This document shows, piece by piece, positions 1 to 9,128 of a stretch of 64,000 nucleotides of DNA. The notes beneath the pieces are model-generated. The model was not told where the DNA came from and searched no databases. It worked only from the letters and a program-made list of their open reading frames with translations. The translations under genes and the position numbers were made by a program. How positions within the stretch are numbered: the first letter of the stretch is position 1; every line of letters begins with the position of its first letter. The stretch is from an uncultured bacterium (GTDB lineage Bacteria > CSSED10-310). The stretch is from positions 10,303 through 74,302 of the forward strand of contig CAYOJK010000010.1 of assembly GCA_964404285.1 (NCBI GenBank), in the 5' to 3' direction.

Positions 1-30
1 GAGGGATGAGGCCTCTCCGGGCGCCGATAT

Positions 31-2241
31 TTATACTTGTATAAAATGTTTTCCGATCTGGTACATAAGGGTCGTCAGTATCCATCCTAACATGGTTAAC
101 GCCGTCCATTGGAACAGCCCCCAATACCAGCCGCCGGCTTCTTTGGCGGTCAGCACGATCGTCGCGACGCAAGGCGTAGCGACCAAGGCGAACAAAATGA
201 TACACAGACCTGTCAACGGGCTGGGATAATTTCTTCGCAGCGCATCCCGCAATGAAGCGCCGGCAAGTCCATGTTCCAATGAATCATCAACGGACATGTC
301 GCCTTGAGCCAGGATGATGCTCATCTGAGAAACGAACAGTTCCTTTGCGGGAAACGCGCTTAAAAATGCCGTGCCGATTTTCCAATCAAATCCCATCGGT
401 CGAATGATCGGTTCGACAAAGCGCCCGATACGACCAGTGATCGAATAATGCAGGTTTTCTATCTGCACATATCGATCGATTTGTTCAGCGCTGATCACTT
501 CACCTGGTTGAAGCACGGCAGCAATGTCTTTAAGTCCCGCTTTTTCGAACGCAGCCTGATGAGTCGTATTGACGACAGTCCCCGGTGTAAGAATTTCAGT
601 TGAATCATGGCGGCTTTTCTGCGGAAAATTCAGCAGACCCCATAACACGATAGAGACGCCCAAAATGATCGTGCCCGCTTTTTTCAGATACATCCACGAT
701 CGTTCCCACATGTGGCGCATCACCATGTTGAAGGAAGGAAGCCGATACGGCGGTAATTCCATAACGAAAGGCTCGTTTTCGCCCTTGAAAAGGGTTTTAC
801 GCAACAGGATCGCCGACCCGAACGCCAGCAATACGCCGACCAGATAGGTGCACCACAGCAGCGGTGTGTGCCAATGATTCGGAAAAAACGCGGGGATCAC
901 CATCAAATAGATGGGCAGCCGGGCGCCGCAAGACATCAGCGGTAAAATCATCATCGTCGTCAACCGGCCGCGGCGGTCGCGGATCGTACGCGTTGCCATG
1001 ATCGCCGGCACCGTGCAGCCGAACCCGATCATCAAGGGTATAAAACTGCGACCGTGCAGACCCATGCGGTGCATCACGTTGTCCATGATGAAGGCGATAC
1101 GCGCCATGTATCCGGTATCTTCCAAGAAGGCAATACACATGAAAAGCAGGACGATATTCGGTAAAAATACGATTACACCTCCAACCCCGGCAATAACACC
1201 GTCTATCAACAGCGACCGAAACCAGGTGTCGGGCATAATCATGGTGATCAGCATGGAAAGCCGATCAAAACCGAGTTCGATCCAGTTCATTGGCGGCGTT
1301 CCCAAAGTAAAAGTTATCCAGAACGTCAAATACATACTCAAAGCAAATATCGGTAGGCCGAAAAATCTGTTGGTGACGACGGAATCGACTATTTCGGTGA
1401 CGGTGAACCGGATTTTTTCCTGACTTTTAACGGTGATTTCTCTGACAAGACCAGCCGCGAACCCGTAGCGTTTATCGCCAAGAACAATTGCTGACGAAAA
1501 CCCTGTTTGCTGTTCGATTCGTTGCATACTCGCCGCGACTTCATCGAAAATGGTCTCGGCATTGTCCAGACCGCGTATCTCATCGGCAACTTCCTGGTCA
1601 TCCTCCAAAAGTTTTACGGCGGCAAACGATGGACTGTAATCGGTTTTACCACTGATCAACGGTGTCAACCGCGACACCTCTTCACCCAAAACGCCGATAT
1701 ACTCAACCGACAGCCTGTCTTTTCGTTCGGCGGCTTTGACGATCGCATCTTTCAGCTCAGCAATTCCAATGCCCTGGCTGGCAACGGTTTCGACCACCGG
1801 ACACCCCAGACGCTGGGACAGCATATCGACATCGTAAACGATGCCTTTTTTGCGCACTTCATCCATCATGTTTAACGCAACGACAAGGTTCAGACCCATT
1901 TCCAACAGTTGAACCGTCAAATACAAATTCCGTTCAAGGTTGCCCGCATCGACGACGTCAACTACGACATCCGGCGCATCTCTGATCAAAGATCGACGCG
2001 CAATGACCTCTTCCTGTGAATACGATGTCAGGCTGTACGTTCCGGGTAAATCCGTGACATCCAACTCCTTACCGTTATGTTTGGTGACACCTTGGTATTT
2101 TTCGACGGTGACACCGGGATAATTGCCGATATGCTGGCTGCTGCCGATCAACTTGTTGAACAACGACGTTTTACCGGAATTCGGATTACCGGCAAGAGCA
2201 ACTTTTATGATGGTTTTTTCGTTGGATTCGGACATAATCAA
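31..2241 (-). CDS. feoB: Ferrous iron transport protein B
   Basis: 736 aa. N-terminal GTPase motifs GNPNSGKT, GNYPGVT, DLPGTYSL, followed by a polytopic membrane domain with gate motifs (PLMIGFGCTVPAIMATR, PLMSCGARLP, LVATPCVAT). Lies 4 bp downstream of the DtxR-FeoA gene. Confidence 0.97.
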   Translation of the reverse strand: MIMSESNEKTIIKVALAGNPNSGKTSLFNKLIGSSQHIGNYPGVTVEKYQGVTKHNGKELDVTDLPGTYSLTSYSQEEVIARRSLIRDAPDVVVDVVDAGNLERNLYLTVQLLEMGLNLVVALNMMDEVRKKGIVYDVDMLSQRLGCPVVETVASQGIGIAELKDAIVKAAERKDRLSVEYIGVLGEEVSRLTPLISGKTDYSPSFAAVKLLEDDQEVADEIRGLDNAETIFDEVAASMQRIEQQTGFSSAIVLGDKRYGFAAGLVREITVKSQEKIRFTVTEIVDSVVTNRFFGLPIFALSMYLTFWITFTLGTPPMNWIELGFDRLSMLITMIMPDTWFRSLLIDGVIAGVGGVIVFLPNIVLLFMCIAFLEDTGYMARIAFIMDNVMHRMGLHGRSFIPLMIGFGCTVPAIMATRTIRDRRGRLTTMMILPLMSCGARLPIYLMVIPAFFPNHWHTPLLWCTYLVGVLLAFGSAILLRKTLFKGENEPFVMELPPYRLPSFNMVMRHMWERSWMYLKKAGTIILGVSIVLWGLLNFPQKSRHDSTEILTPGTVVNTTHQAAFEKAGLKDIAAVLQPGEVISAEQIDRYVQIENLHYSITGRIGRFVEPIIRPMGFDWKIGTAFLSAFPAKELFVSQMSIILAQGDMSVDDSLEHGLAGASLRDALRRNYPSPLTGLCIILFALVATPCVATIVLTAKEAGGWYWGLFQWTALTMLGWILTTLMYQIGKHFIQV

Positions 2242-2245
2242 AACC

Positions 2246-3007
2246 TCATTCCCGAGCCAAAACGGCTTCTTCAGGACTGTCCATCAACAGAATAGCCGCT
2301 GCCTCATTTTTACGTAAAGACAGATTGTATCCCCGTAATTTGATCTCGATTGGGTCCCCTAACGGCGCTACACGTAAAAGCGTCACTTCCACGTTCGGCA
2401 AAACCCCCATGTCAATCAACCGCTGCCGAATAAGAGGTGACGCGATTATCCTACCGACGACCCCCGATTCACCCTGTTTCAAATCCATCAAACTCCGGAT
2501 CGGCCTTTTACGACCGTGACGATGCCGAAAACAATGGCCTGGATCACAGGTGCCCATTTTGGCTTTCGACGTCGTACACGTCCGGTAGTCATCAAACAGT
2601 TTCTGGATATTCAATGAACAGGTCGTGATAAACTCAAAAAATATGATCATGCGATCAAACGTTTCACGACTCATGAAGTGTTCAAAACTACAGGCATCTT
2701 TTTCTGCAACTTCCGGTGACACCCGCAAAATCGAAATCAAAAATTCCCGTATGAATTCATGACGACGGATAATCGTTCTGGCAAGCTCCTCACCTTCAGC
2801 CGTCAACAAAACAACTCCACGTGAAGCATGCTCGACCAACCCATCCCGCGCCAGCCGTTTCATGGCGCTGTTGACGGAAGCCATCGATACCTTGCGGGCT
2901 TCCGCAATATCTTTGACTCTGGCGACACGCTGTTTTTCGATAAGATGATAGATGGTTTCCAGGTAATCTTCCTGAGATTCCGTGAATGAGCCTATTGAAT
3001 GGTTCAT
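2246..3007 (-). CDS. DtxR/MntR-family metal-dependent repressor fused to a C-terminal FeoA domain
   Basis: N-terminal wHTH (TESQEDYLETIY...ARVKDIA), dimerisation/metal motif RRHE...DACSFEH, C-terminal FeoA signature (RQRLIDMG...RVAPLGDPIEIKLRGYNLSLRKNEA). GGAGG ribosome-binding site upstream (3018-3022). Confidence 0.92.
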   Translation of the reverse strand: MNHSIGSFTESQEDYLETIYHLIEKQRVARVKDIAEARKVSMASVNSAMKRLARDGLVEHASRGVVLLTAEGEELARTIIRRHEFIREFLISILRVSPEVAEKDACSFEHFMSRETFDRMIIFFEFITTCSLNIQKLFDDYRTCTTSKAKMGTCDPGHCFRHRHGRKRPIRSLMDLKQGESGVVGRIIASPLIRQRLIDMGVLPNVEVTLLRVAPLGDPIEIKLRGYNLSLRKNEAAAILLMDSPEEAVLARE

Positions 3008-3034
3008 GACAAATTTTCCTCCAGAGCCGCGTCC

Positions 3035-3077
3035 AGTTAGGCGAGGCTAACTATAGTCCGTTTAGCCGTGTTGTCAA
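3035..3077 (-). promoter_or_regulatory. Sigma70-type promoter of the dtxR-feoA/feoB operon overlapped by a DtxR-family-like operator palindrome
   Basis: Minus strand TTGACA (3077-3072), N16, TATAGT (3055-3050). The palindrome AGTTAG-GCGAGG-CTAACT (3035-3052) overlaps the -10 and resembles TTAGG-N4-CCTAA-type DtxR/IdeR boxes. Confidence 0.65.
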
Positions 3078-3197
3078 TAGCCGAAATCAGTGTTTTTTTG
3101 TTGAACCTCGAAATGAAGAAAGTACAGATGTCTTTCCCCAACGCCAACGCCCTCTCTCGGCACTGTAAGCGCTCGCTTCGCTCGCACAACACCGCCG

Positions 3198-3309
3198 GTC
3201 TCTCCCATGAAGGGAGAGACATTTTTCAGCGATACGAAATAAACCCAGCGGGTGAAAAGAAAAACATTGTCCTCAACTGCAAAAAAACCTCTCCCTCTAT
3301 GGGAGAGGT
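3198..3309. repeat. Two CTCTCCC-N5-GGGAGAG palindromic hairpin repeats
   Basis: GTCTCTCCC-ATGAA-GGGAGAGAC (3198-3220) and ACCTCTCCC-TCTAT-GGGAGAGGT (3287-3309), each a perfect 9-bp stem. Half sites lie near 3150 and 3388. Confidence 0.8.
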
Positions 3310-3485
3310 CGATCCTGTCGGCAGCGCCGGCCTCGTGAGCCCTTTAGAATGACAGATTCCTATGGCCGACGATGCCCTACAGGATCGGGAGAGGGTTCTT
3401 GATGGCGAAGGGGCCGGGTTATAGATGTGTTTTAAAAACAAGCTGCGGAAGTTGAGAGTGTATTTTTTTTAGTCTCAGTGTTACG

Positions 3486-5021
3486 ATGCTGCCGATGGAA
3501 ACGACGACGGACAAAAAAACTATTTTATTGATCAATCCCCATTACCATAACAATTGGAATTATGGCGTTGATCGCACATCGTTTCCGATCAATGTGCTTT
3601 CATTGGGATCAGTTCTGAAGCAAGCTGGTTTCAACCCAATCATCATCGATACCTGTGTCGATCAAAACTATTTCGACGCAATCAACACCGGGTTATCTGA
3701 CACGCTGTTTGTCGGCATATCGGCAATGACCCCACAGGTCCCCCACGCACTGGCCATAGCCCGACGGATACGGGAAAAGTCCCCGGAAACTCCAATTGTT
3801 TGGGGTGGTGTTCATCCGACCCTGTATCCTGACACGTGTTTGCATCCCTGCTGTGACGCAGTGGCAGTCGGGGAAGCCGACGAAACAGTTGTTGAACTGG
3901 CCGAAGCGCTTCGATCAAACCGGGAAATACCGCTTTTACCTGGGTTGGTTCTGAACCGTGACGGCAGGACTACTCCAGGCCCGATTCGCTGTCTTCCAGA
4001 TGTTCGCCGCCTACCCTGGCCGGATTACAGCCTGATCGATCCGGAAAAATATATTTGTTCCTGGTCACTCCAGGAAATGCAGATGGTGCGGGTAATGCCG
4101 ATACTCAGCGCCCGCGGGTGCCCGTGGCACTGCACATTTTGTATCAATACCACTTTGAACGATACGCACCGACATCGAACACGTCAGGCAGAAGATCTTT
4201 TAGATGAAATCGAAGCTCTTGTTCAAAAATACGATTTGGAGATGATCATTTTCTCCGATGAAGAATTTTTTGCCGACCGTCATCGTGTTGAAGCCTTGTT
4301 GAGTGGTATTGAAAAACGTGGACTCGACAAAATCCGTTTCAATGCAACCTGTCGGATCAATCATTTCAGAAAAGGGTATATCGATACTGCATTTTTGAAA
4401 CGCCTGAAACAGGCCGGATTTGTCAATCTGGTGTTCGGATTCGAATCCGGTTCACCGCGATGTCTTGAGATTATCCGGAAGGAAATTCGGGTCGAAGAGG
4501 GCTTATACACTGCTCGACTATTGGCCAGTGAAGGTTTCATGGCAGTGTGGGGTTTTATCATGGGTATCCCGGGCGAAACACCGGCTGATTTGATCAAAAC
4601 CCTTCACGTCATGAACAAAATCCGAAAACTTGGCACAGGAAATTACTTTATCGGACCACAGATTTTCCGTCCGTATCCCGGATCGGCGCTTTACCGAAAA
4701 GCTCTGGAAGCCGGGTTGACCGAGCCCGAATCATTGGATGAATGGGCGTCTCAGACGTTTACCGGCGAAGGATGGATCGGCGTGGAAGGCTTGAAATGGA
4801 TTCCATCCCCGCACCGACAACTGGTTGAATACGTGAATACCATCGCACCGGTATTTTATAATCGTCAGTTCATCGCGGCATCCGGCCCGAAACGCCTGTA
4901 TCACATTTTCCTGCGTCTGATGTTTTCGCTGCGCCTGGCAACCGATTTCTATGCTTTTCCGATTGAACACCAGCTCAAAAACCTTTTTGTCGGTCGCCAC
5001 CAAACAGAAAGCGGAGGATAA
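3486..5021 (+). CDS. Cobalamin (B12)-binding radical SAM protein
   Basis: 511 aa. N-terminal B12-binding Rossmann domain (VGISAMT...IVWGGVHPTL...VGEAD), radical SAM motif RGCPWHCTFC, and GFESGS downstream. Confidence 0.93.
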   Translation: MLPMETTTDKKTILLINPHYHNNWNYGVDRTSFPINVLSLGSVLKQAGFNPIIIDTCVDQNYFDAINTGLSDTLFVGISAMTPQVPHALAIARRIREKSPETPIVWGGVHPTLYPDTCLHPCCDAVAVGEADETVVELAEALRSNREIPLLPGLVLNRDGRTTPGPIRCLPDVRRLPWPDYSLIDPEKYICSWSLQEMQMVRVMPILSARGCPWHCTFCINTTLNDTHRHRTRQAEDLLDEIEALVQKYDLEMIIFSDEEFFADRHRVEALLSGIEKRGLDKIRFNATCRINHFRKGYIDTAFLKRLKQAGFVNLVFGFESGSPRCLEIIRKEIRVEEGLYTARLLASEGFMAVWGFIMGIPGETPADLIKTLHVMNKIRKLGTGNYFIGPQIFRPYPGSALYRKALEAGLTEPESLDEWASQTFTGEGWIGVEGLKWIPSPHRQLVEYVNTIAPVFYNRQFIAASGPKRLYHIFLRLMFSLRLATDFYAFPIEHQLKNLFVGRHQTESGG

Positions 5022-5024
5022 CAG

Positions 5025-6305
5025 ATGAAAACCCTGCGTTTAATCGCTGTTTTTTTGGCGCCGTTGTCTATGCTGTTTTTAGGGTATCTGTTTCTGATGC
5101 CGCCGATCCGACCCAACCCGGCATCGCCCGGTGTCATTGCCGTCGTGATCCTGGACCCCGTCTCCCGATCGATCATCGATGATTTTCCTGATGCCATACC
5201 GACTCTAGCGAAACTGAGAGGAACCGGTATGTGCGGGACAGTTCTACCGGGAGGCGCTTTATCGATGGAAGAAACCCTGTGCGAAATTTTAAGCGGAAAA
5301 GACCCCGGCAAACTCGCTGAGGTTCCACGCATGTACAATCCGAATACCAATTCGTTTCAAACAATTGAAATCACCGATAAACAAGAAGGTTTTCTACCGG
5401 ATATTTTAAATCGATACGGCCGCGTCACGACGCGCGTTATGACTTCCGATGAAAACCAATCGACAAACAAGACCGAAATCGCCGCGATAAAACCTGATCT
5501 GCTTTTATTTTACATACAAAACAATAACCAATCGGATAGTGATTATTTTAAGTCTATCAATACAACACTCCAGGAATATACGGATATCATCGGCACATGG
5601 TTGGTGATCAGCCCAATGCATAAAAGCCCTGTTACCTGGCGCTTTCATATCAATCACTGGCTGTTACAGAACGGCTATCTGACCACCAATCCGGATGGAT
5701 CGATCGACTATTCTCAAACCCAAGCGTTTTATCCCGGGGAAAATGAATCCGGTGTACGTGTCAATCGACATCTAACTTATGCAATCGGATCAGTGCCAAG
5801 AGAAGATCATGAAAATTTGATGAAAGAACTCGGCAAAGAACTGCGCCATTTGAGAATACCGATGGATGACCGTGAAATTGGCGGCACTTTGGTGTTTAAC
5901 GGTATATTTCGTGGTGCGGATCATCATACGCAAAGACATGAGGGTTGGTATCCGGATATCGAATGGGAGATGAAAAACGAATCGATCGAAATCGTGGCAG
6001 ACCTACTGGATGATTTGTCCGGCAGTCCCTGGGTTACACCGGAAGAGGGTGCGGAAATACAGCGCCCGGGTGGATGGATGTGCCTGTGGGGACCACCGTT
6101 CGATATCATAGTCGACAATGAAGCGGATCTGGATATGCTGCTGGCGGCAGATATCGCTCCCACGGTTTTATTTCTGCTGAACCTGCCGACGGCTAAAGAT
6201 ATGCAAGGTCGAATCCTTCAACCATTGATGGTCAACTCATTGCAAATTCAAGCGCCGAAAGTCGTGAACAGCTTCACGTTCAGCGATCCGTTTGTTGAGC
6301 AATAG
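5025..6305 (+). CDS. Membrane-anchored alkaline phosphatase/nucleotide pyrophosphatase-superfamily protein with apparently degenerate catalytic motifs
   Basis: N-terminal TM helix, then VILDP...PTLAKL...G..SGKDPGK and C-terminal ADIAPTVLFLLNLP...DMQGRIL, typical of type I phosphodiesterase-like proteins. The SDHG motif appears as SPMH. Starts 3 bp after the radical SAM gene. Confidence 0.7.
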   Translation: MKTLRLIAVFLAPLSMLFLGYLFLMPPIRPNPASPGVIAVVILDPVSRSIIDDFPDAIPTLAKLRGTGMCGTVLPGGALSMEETLCEILSGKDPGKLAEVPRMYNPNTNSFQTIEITDKQEGFLPDILNRYGRVTTRVMTSDENQSTNKTEIAAIKPDLLLFYIQNNNQSDSDYFKSINTTLQEYTDIIGTWLVISPMHKSPVTWRFHINHWLLQNGYLTTNPDGSIDYSQTQAFYPGENESGVRVNRHLTYAIGSVPREDHENLMKELGKELRHLRIPMDDREIGGTLVFNGIFRGADHHTQRHEGWYPDIEWEMKNESIEIVADLLDDLSGSPWVTPEEGAEIQRPGGWMCLWGPPFDIIVDNEADLDMLLAADIAPTVLFLLNLPTAKDMQGRILQPLMVNSLQIQAPKVVNSFTFSDPFVEQ

Positions 6306-6343
6306 GCATTCTCAAACCCTACATTTCATTTGATGATAAATAA

Positions 6344-6369
6344 AAAACAGCGGAACAGTCCGCTGTTTT
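6344..6369. terminator. Bidirectional intrinsic terminator between convergent operons
   Basis: AAAACAGCGGA-ACAG-TCCGCTGTTTT: 11-bp stem, 4-nt loop, A/T tracts on both sides. Confidence 0.85.
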
Positions 6370-6422
6370 ATGTTTTGCAAAATAAGGCTGTGTTTTTCCG
6401 GATGACGGCTTAACAATCAAAT

Positions 6423-7796
6423 TTATCGTTTTGCCGCCGCCATCAGAGGAATCAGGCCGCCTCCAGCGCTGATATTGATGATCGAGCTGTCGCTGACACG
6501 AGCCATACCGCCGGCATAGACGCCATTGAACGCAAAGAAGTTGATGTTGACTTTTTTGTTTTCAAAACGTAGTCCGTTCTGATCATAAACCGGCAAGCTG
6601 ATTTCAGGTATCGGGATATATTCTTGAGCTACATAGCGTTCTTTGACCGCTGTTTCCAGTGCTTCCTGCCACTCCCGGTCACTCATTTCATGCCCGATCG
6701 CAACATTTTTACCTCCAAATAAACCGACTGGTTTCAGCACCATACCCGCTCGATTCTCACGCAGAAAATCCAGAAGATTGACCGGTTTGCCGTCATAGGT
6801 AGTTTTTTCATCGATGACGATACGTGTCCAGGGGATATGTTTTCTGACGATATCTTTTTCTTCATCAGTAAGTTTGTCTTTCATCGCATCGGATTGCAGT
6901 ACGGCCATCAGCGATTTTTTTCCGGCCAGTTTAGAATTCAACGGATTGGCCATACAGATAGCGCCGGCTTTATAGGCGTTCCACAGGGCGGTATATTCTT
7001 TTGCATGGCTGATCCACCACGTCGTGGCGCCTCGTCGATAAACCAGTTCCACCGGCGCCCCTTCGACGATTAATGACCTGTTTTCAAAGGCACAATCCTG
7101 TGGTTGAGCAATCACACAGTCGTATCCACGATTACGGAAATATTTCTGTAATACTTCCAGTTCATTCATCGTCGGGTCCAGATCGAACAGTGTGTGAATC
7201 AATATGCGGGGTTTACCTTTGCCATCCCAGCCGTATTCTCTGTAGCAGGCCAACAACCCCTGCAGCACATTTTCCATGAACGTGTCCTGTTCTATAACAT
7301 AGGTCTTCTGAATTTCTTTCAAAGGCTCGGTTTCCATCAGCAGCGACACTTGTATATCGCTGTATCCGGGGCCTCCCGGAGTATCGCAATTGAACTCACA
7401 AAATTTCAGGTCATCCCCATACATAAACGCATCCAGGCGTGCATGTTGCACCTTGTTTGCAAACGGAGGCCGCACCGAAGCCAGCTCAATTTCCCCTGGA
7501 GCCATTTCGAATAACGGCAAGTATTTAGGATCTTCATAATACAGGTTCGAAACCTTTTCCAGACATTTCATCGTACTGTCGGTGACCCGTTTGACCATCG
7601 CGAATTGCTCCGGTGACATGAACGCCGGCTTCAAAAATGTCGGGAACGGTTTACCACTCGACAAGCAGCGTTCCTCAATATAACGCTTTGTCAAATGATC
7701 CATCAGATCGCGTCCGGAAACACCGCGATCTTCCATCTGTTGAAGAATAGCGTCAAAAGCTTGTTCAATTTCCACTACAAAAGGATGTTGTTTCAT
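6423..7796 (-). CDS. Circularly permuted ATP-grasp (glutathionylspermidine synthase-like) amide/peptide ligase
   Basis: 457 aa. Motifs ARLDAF, FCEFNCDTPGGPGYSD, VLKPVGLFGGKNVAIG, YVAQEY and C-terminal INISAGGG match the circularly permuted ATP-grasp fold. Confidence 0.8.
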   Translation of the reverse strand: MKQHPFVVEIEQAFDAILQQMEDRGVSGRDLMDHLTKRYIEERCLSSGKPFPTFLKPAFMSPEQFAMVKRVTDSTMKCLEKVSNLYYEDPKYLPLFEMAPGEIELASVRPPFANKVQHARLDAFMYGDDLKFCEFNCDTPGGPGYSDIQVSLLMETEPLKEIQKTYVIEQDTFMENVLQGLLACYREYGWDGKGKPRILIHTLFDLDPTMNELEVLQKYFRNRGYDCVIAQPQDCAFENRSLIVEGAPVELVYRRGATTWWISHAKEYTALWNAYKAGAICMANPLNSKLAGKKSLMAVLQSDAMKDKLTDEEKDIVRKHIPWTRIVIDEKTTYDGKPVNLLDFLRENRAGMVLKPVGLFGGKNVAIGHEMSDREWQEALETAVKERYVAQEYIPIPEISLPVYDQNGLRFENKKVNINFFAFNGVYAGGMARVSDSSIINISAGGGLIPLMAAAKR

Positions 7797-7800
7797 GATT

Positions 7801-9117
7801 TTAATCTCCTGCTATGTTTCCACGTTCAAATCGTATGCCGCGAGGCCCGAAATATCCAAAAAACGTTTCACGCTCCCGGCATAACCGACAGTCCATCATA
7901 CCCTTGACGACGTTCCCGGTAACACTCCCCCCGCGAAGAGGAACGACCGAACCGTCCGCTCTGAATTCATACCCAACTCGAATTTCACCCAAGTAATTTC
8001 CTGCAACCGGTTGCGGATCGAACGTCGAAAACTGATTGACCAAAATAACTCGATCATCGCTTTCAAACAATTTATCCCACGGTGTCGAGCCTTCAGGAAT
8101 CTCTATATTACCAAATGCGCCGGTCGGCGAAAATCCCAAATACCGGGAATACTGGGATGTGCCCCAAAACTGTTTCAACACACCGTTTTCAATCAACTGA
8201 ACACGTTGTCCCGGCAGCCCTTCGGCATCAAATCGATAGGACGAGGCGCCGCCCGGATGAAGCGCGTTGGAATAAAAGCTCAATTGGTCGCCACGCACCG
8301 GTTCCGGAAAAACCGGCTTGCCGATTTCAAACAGGGATGTGTTGTTGTATTTTGCCGAGCAACCGGAATGATTAATAAAGTATTGAAGCAAAATATGCAG
8401 GTGATCACCGGTCAACACCACCGGGCAGACACCGCTTTTCGGTGTTTTGGCGATCGCGGCGTCGCGGGCAAATTGTGCGTAACGGGCAATATCACGTTTG
8501 ATATCCACATATTGGGACCCTGTTCGGGAAGTGACTTCCCAGAATTCGGTATCGGCTTTCCCATCACGGAACAGCAGACAAATATCCCAAGTCAATTCAG
8601 ACTCTTCGGATTCAAGATCAAGACCATTGGAGTTGATCAGGCGATGGCCGATATGGTTCAAAAAAAGCTCCGAGCCGGCCAGCTCAATATGTTTTTCCGC
8701 ATCGACGGCTTCCTGAATCATGTCGTTCAAGCGATCTAATGTCTCCCAGGGACGATCCCGTATATCAGGGTCCGTATCGTCGAAATCTGGGAATTTTACT
8801 CCTTCTGGAGCCGGCAGGTCATACACCGGGCTACCGTGTAACGTTGCCTGCTCAACAGCGGCATCGACGCGCTTTTCGATATTCTGCTCCCCTTCAACAA
8901 TTTCAAAAGAGGTATCACCAGCCAAAGACACATCCTCCGATTCAGGGGGCAGAGGCGTCAGGATTTTAACGCGCTGAACGTTTTGCATGACGCGGCGGAT
9001 CGCTTCACGCCCTTGTCGTCCGGTATAAATCTGATGACTTGACCGGATCAGAGAATGGATTGACCAGGCCGAAATCCGCGGGTCTTTGTCCAGTATCGAT
9101 TTCAGATTATCCAACAT
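7801..9117 (-). CDS. pmbA: PmbA/TldE-family metallopeptidase subunit
   Basis: 438 aa. FDAEGLP...LIENGVL, FSTFDP...GNY.GEI, and SVTGN motifs. No HExxH motif. Directly downstream of tldD. Confidence 0.85.
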   Translation of the reverse strand: MLDNLKSILDKDPRISAWSIHSLIRSSHQIYTGRQGREAIRRVMQNVQRVKILTPLPPESEDVSLAGDTSFEIVEGEQNIEKRVDAAVEQATLHGSPVYDLPAPEGVKFPDFDDTDPDIRDRPWETLDRLNDMIQEAVDAEKHIELAGSELFLNHIGHRLINSNGLDLESEESELTWDICLLFRDGKADTEFWEVTSRTGSQYVDIKRDIARYAQFARDAAIAKTPKSGVCPVVLTGDHLHILLQYFINHSGCSAKYNNTSLFEIGKPVFPEPVRGDQLSFYSNALHPGGASSYRFDAEGLPGQRVQLIENGVLKQFWGTSQYSRYLGFSPTGAFGNIEIPEGSTPWDKLFESDDRVILVNQFSTFDPQPVAGNYLGEIRVGYEFRADGSVVPLRGGSVTGNVVKGMMDCRLCRERETFFGYFGPRGIRFERGNIAGD

Positions 9118-9128
9118 GTCCCGTCTCC

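Noticed and set aside
3068-3441. ORFs 3068-3352 (+) and 3226-3441 (-), and similarly 55998-56207 (+)
   Set aside because: They translate palindromic repeats and promoter DNA, with no family motifs or ribosome-binding sites.
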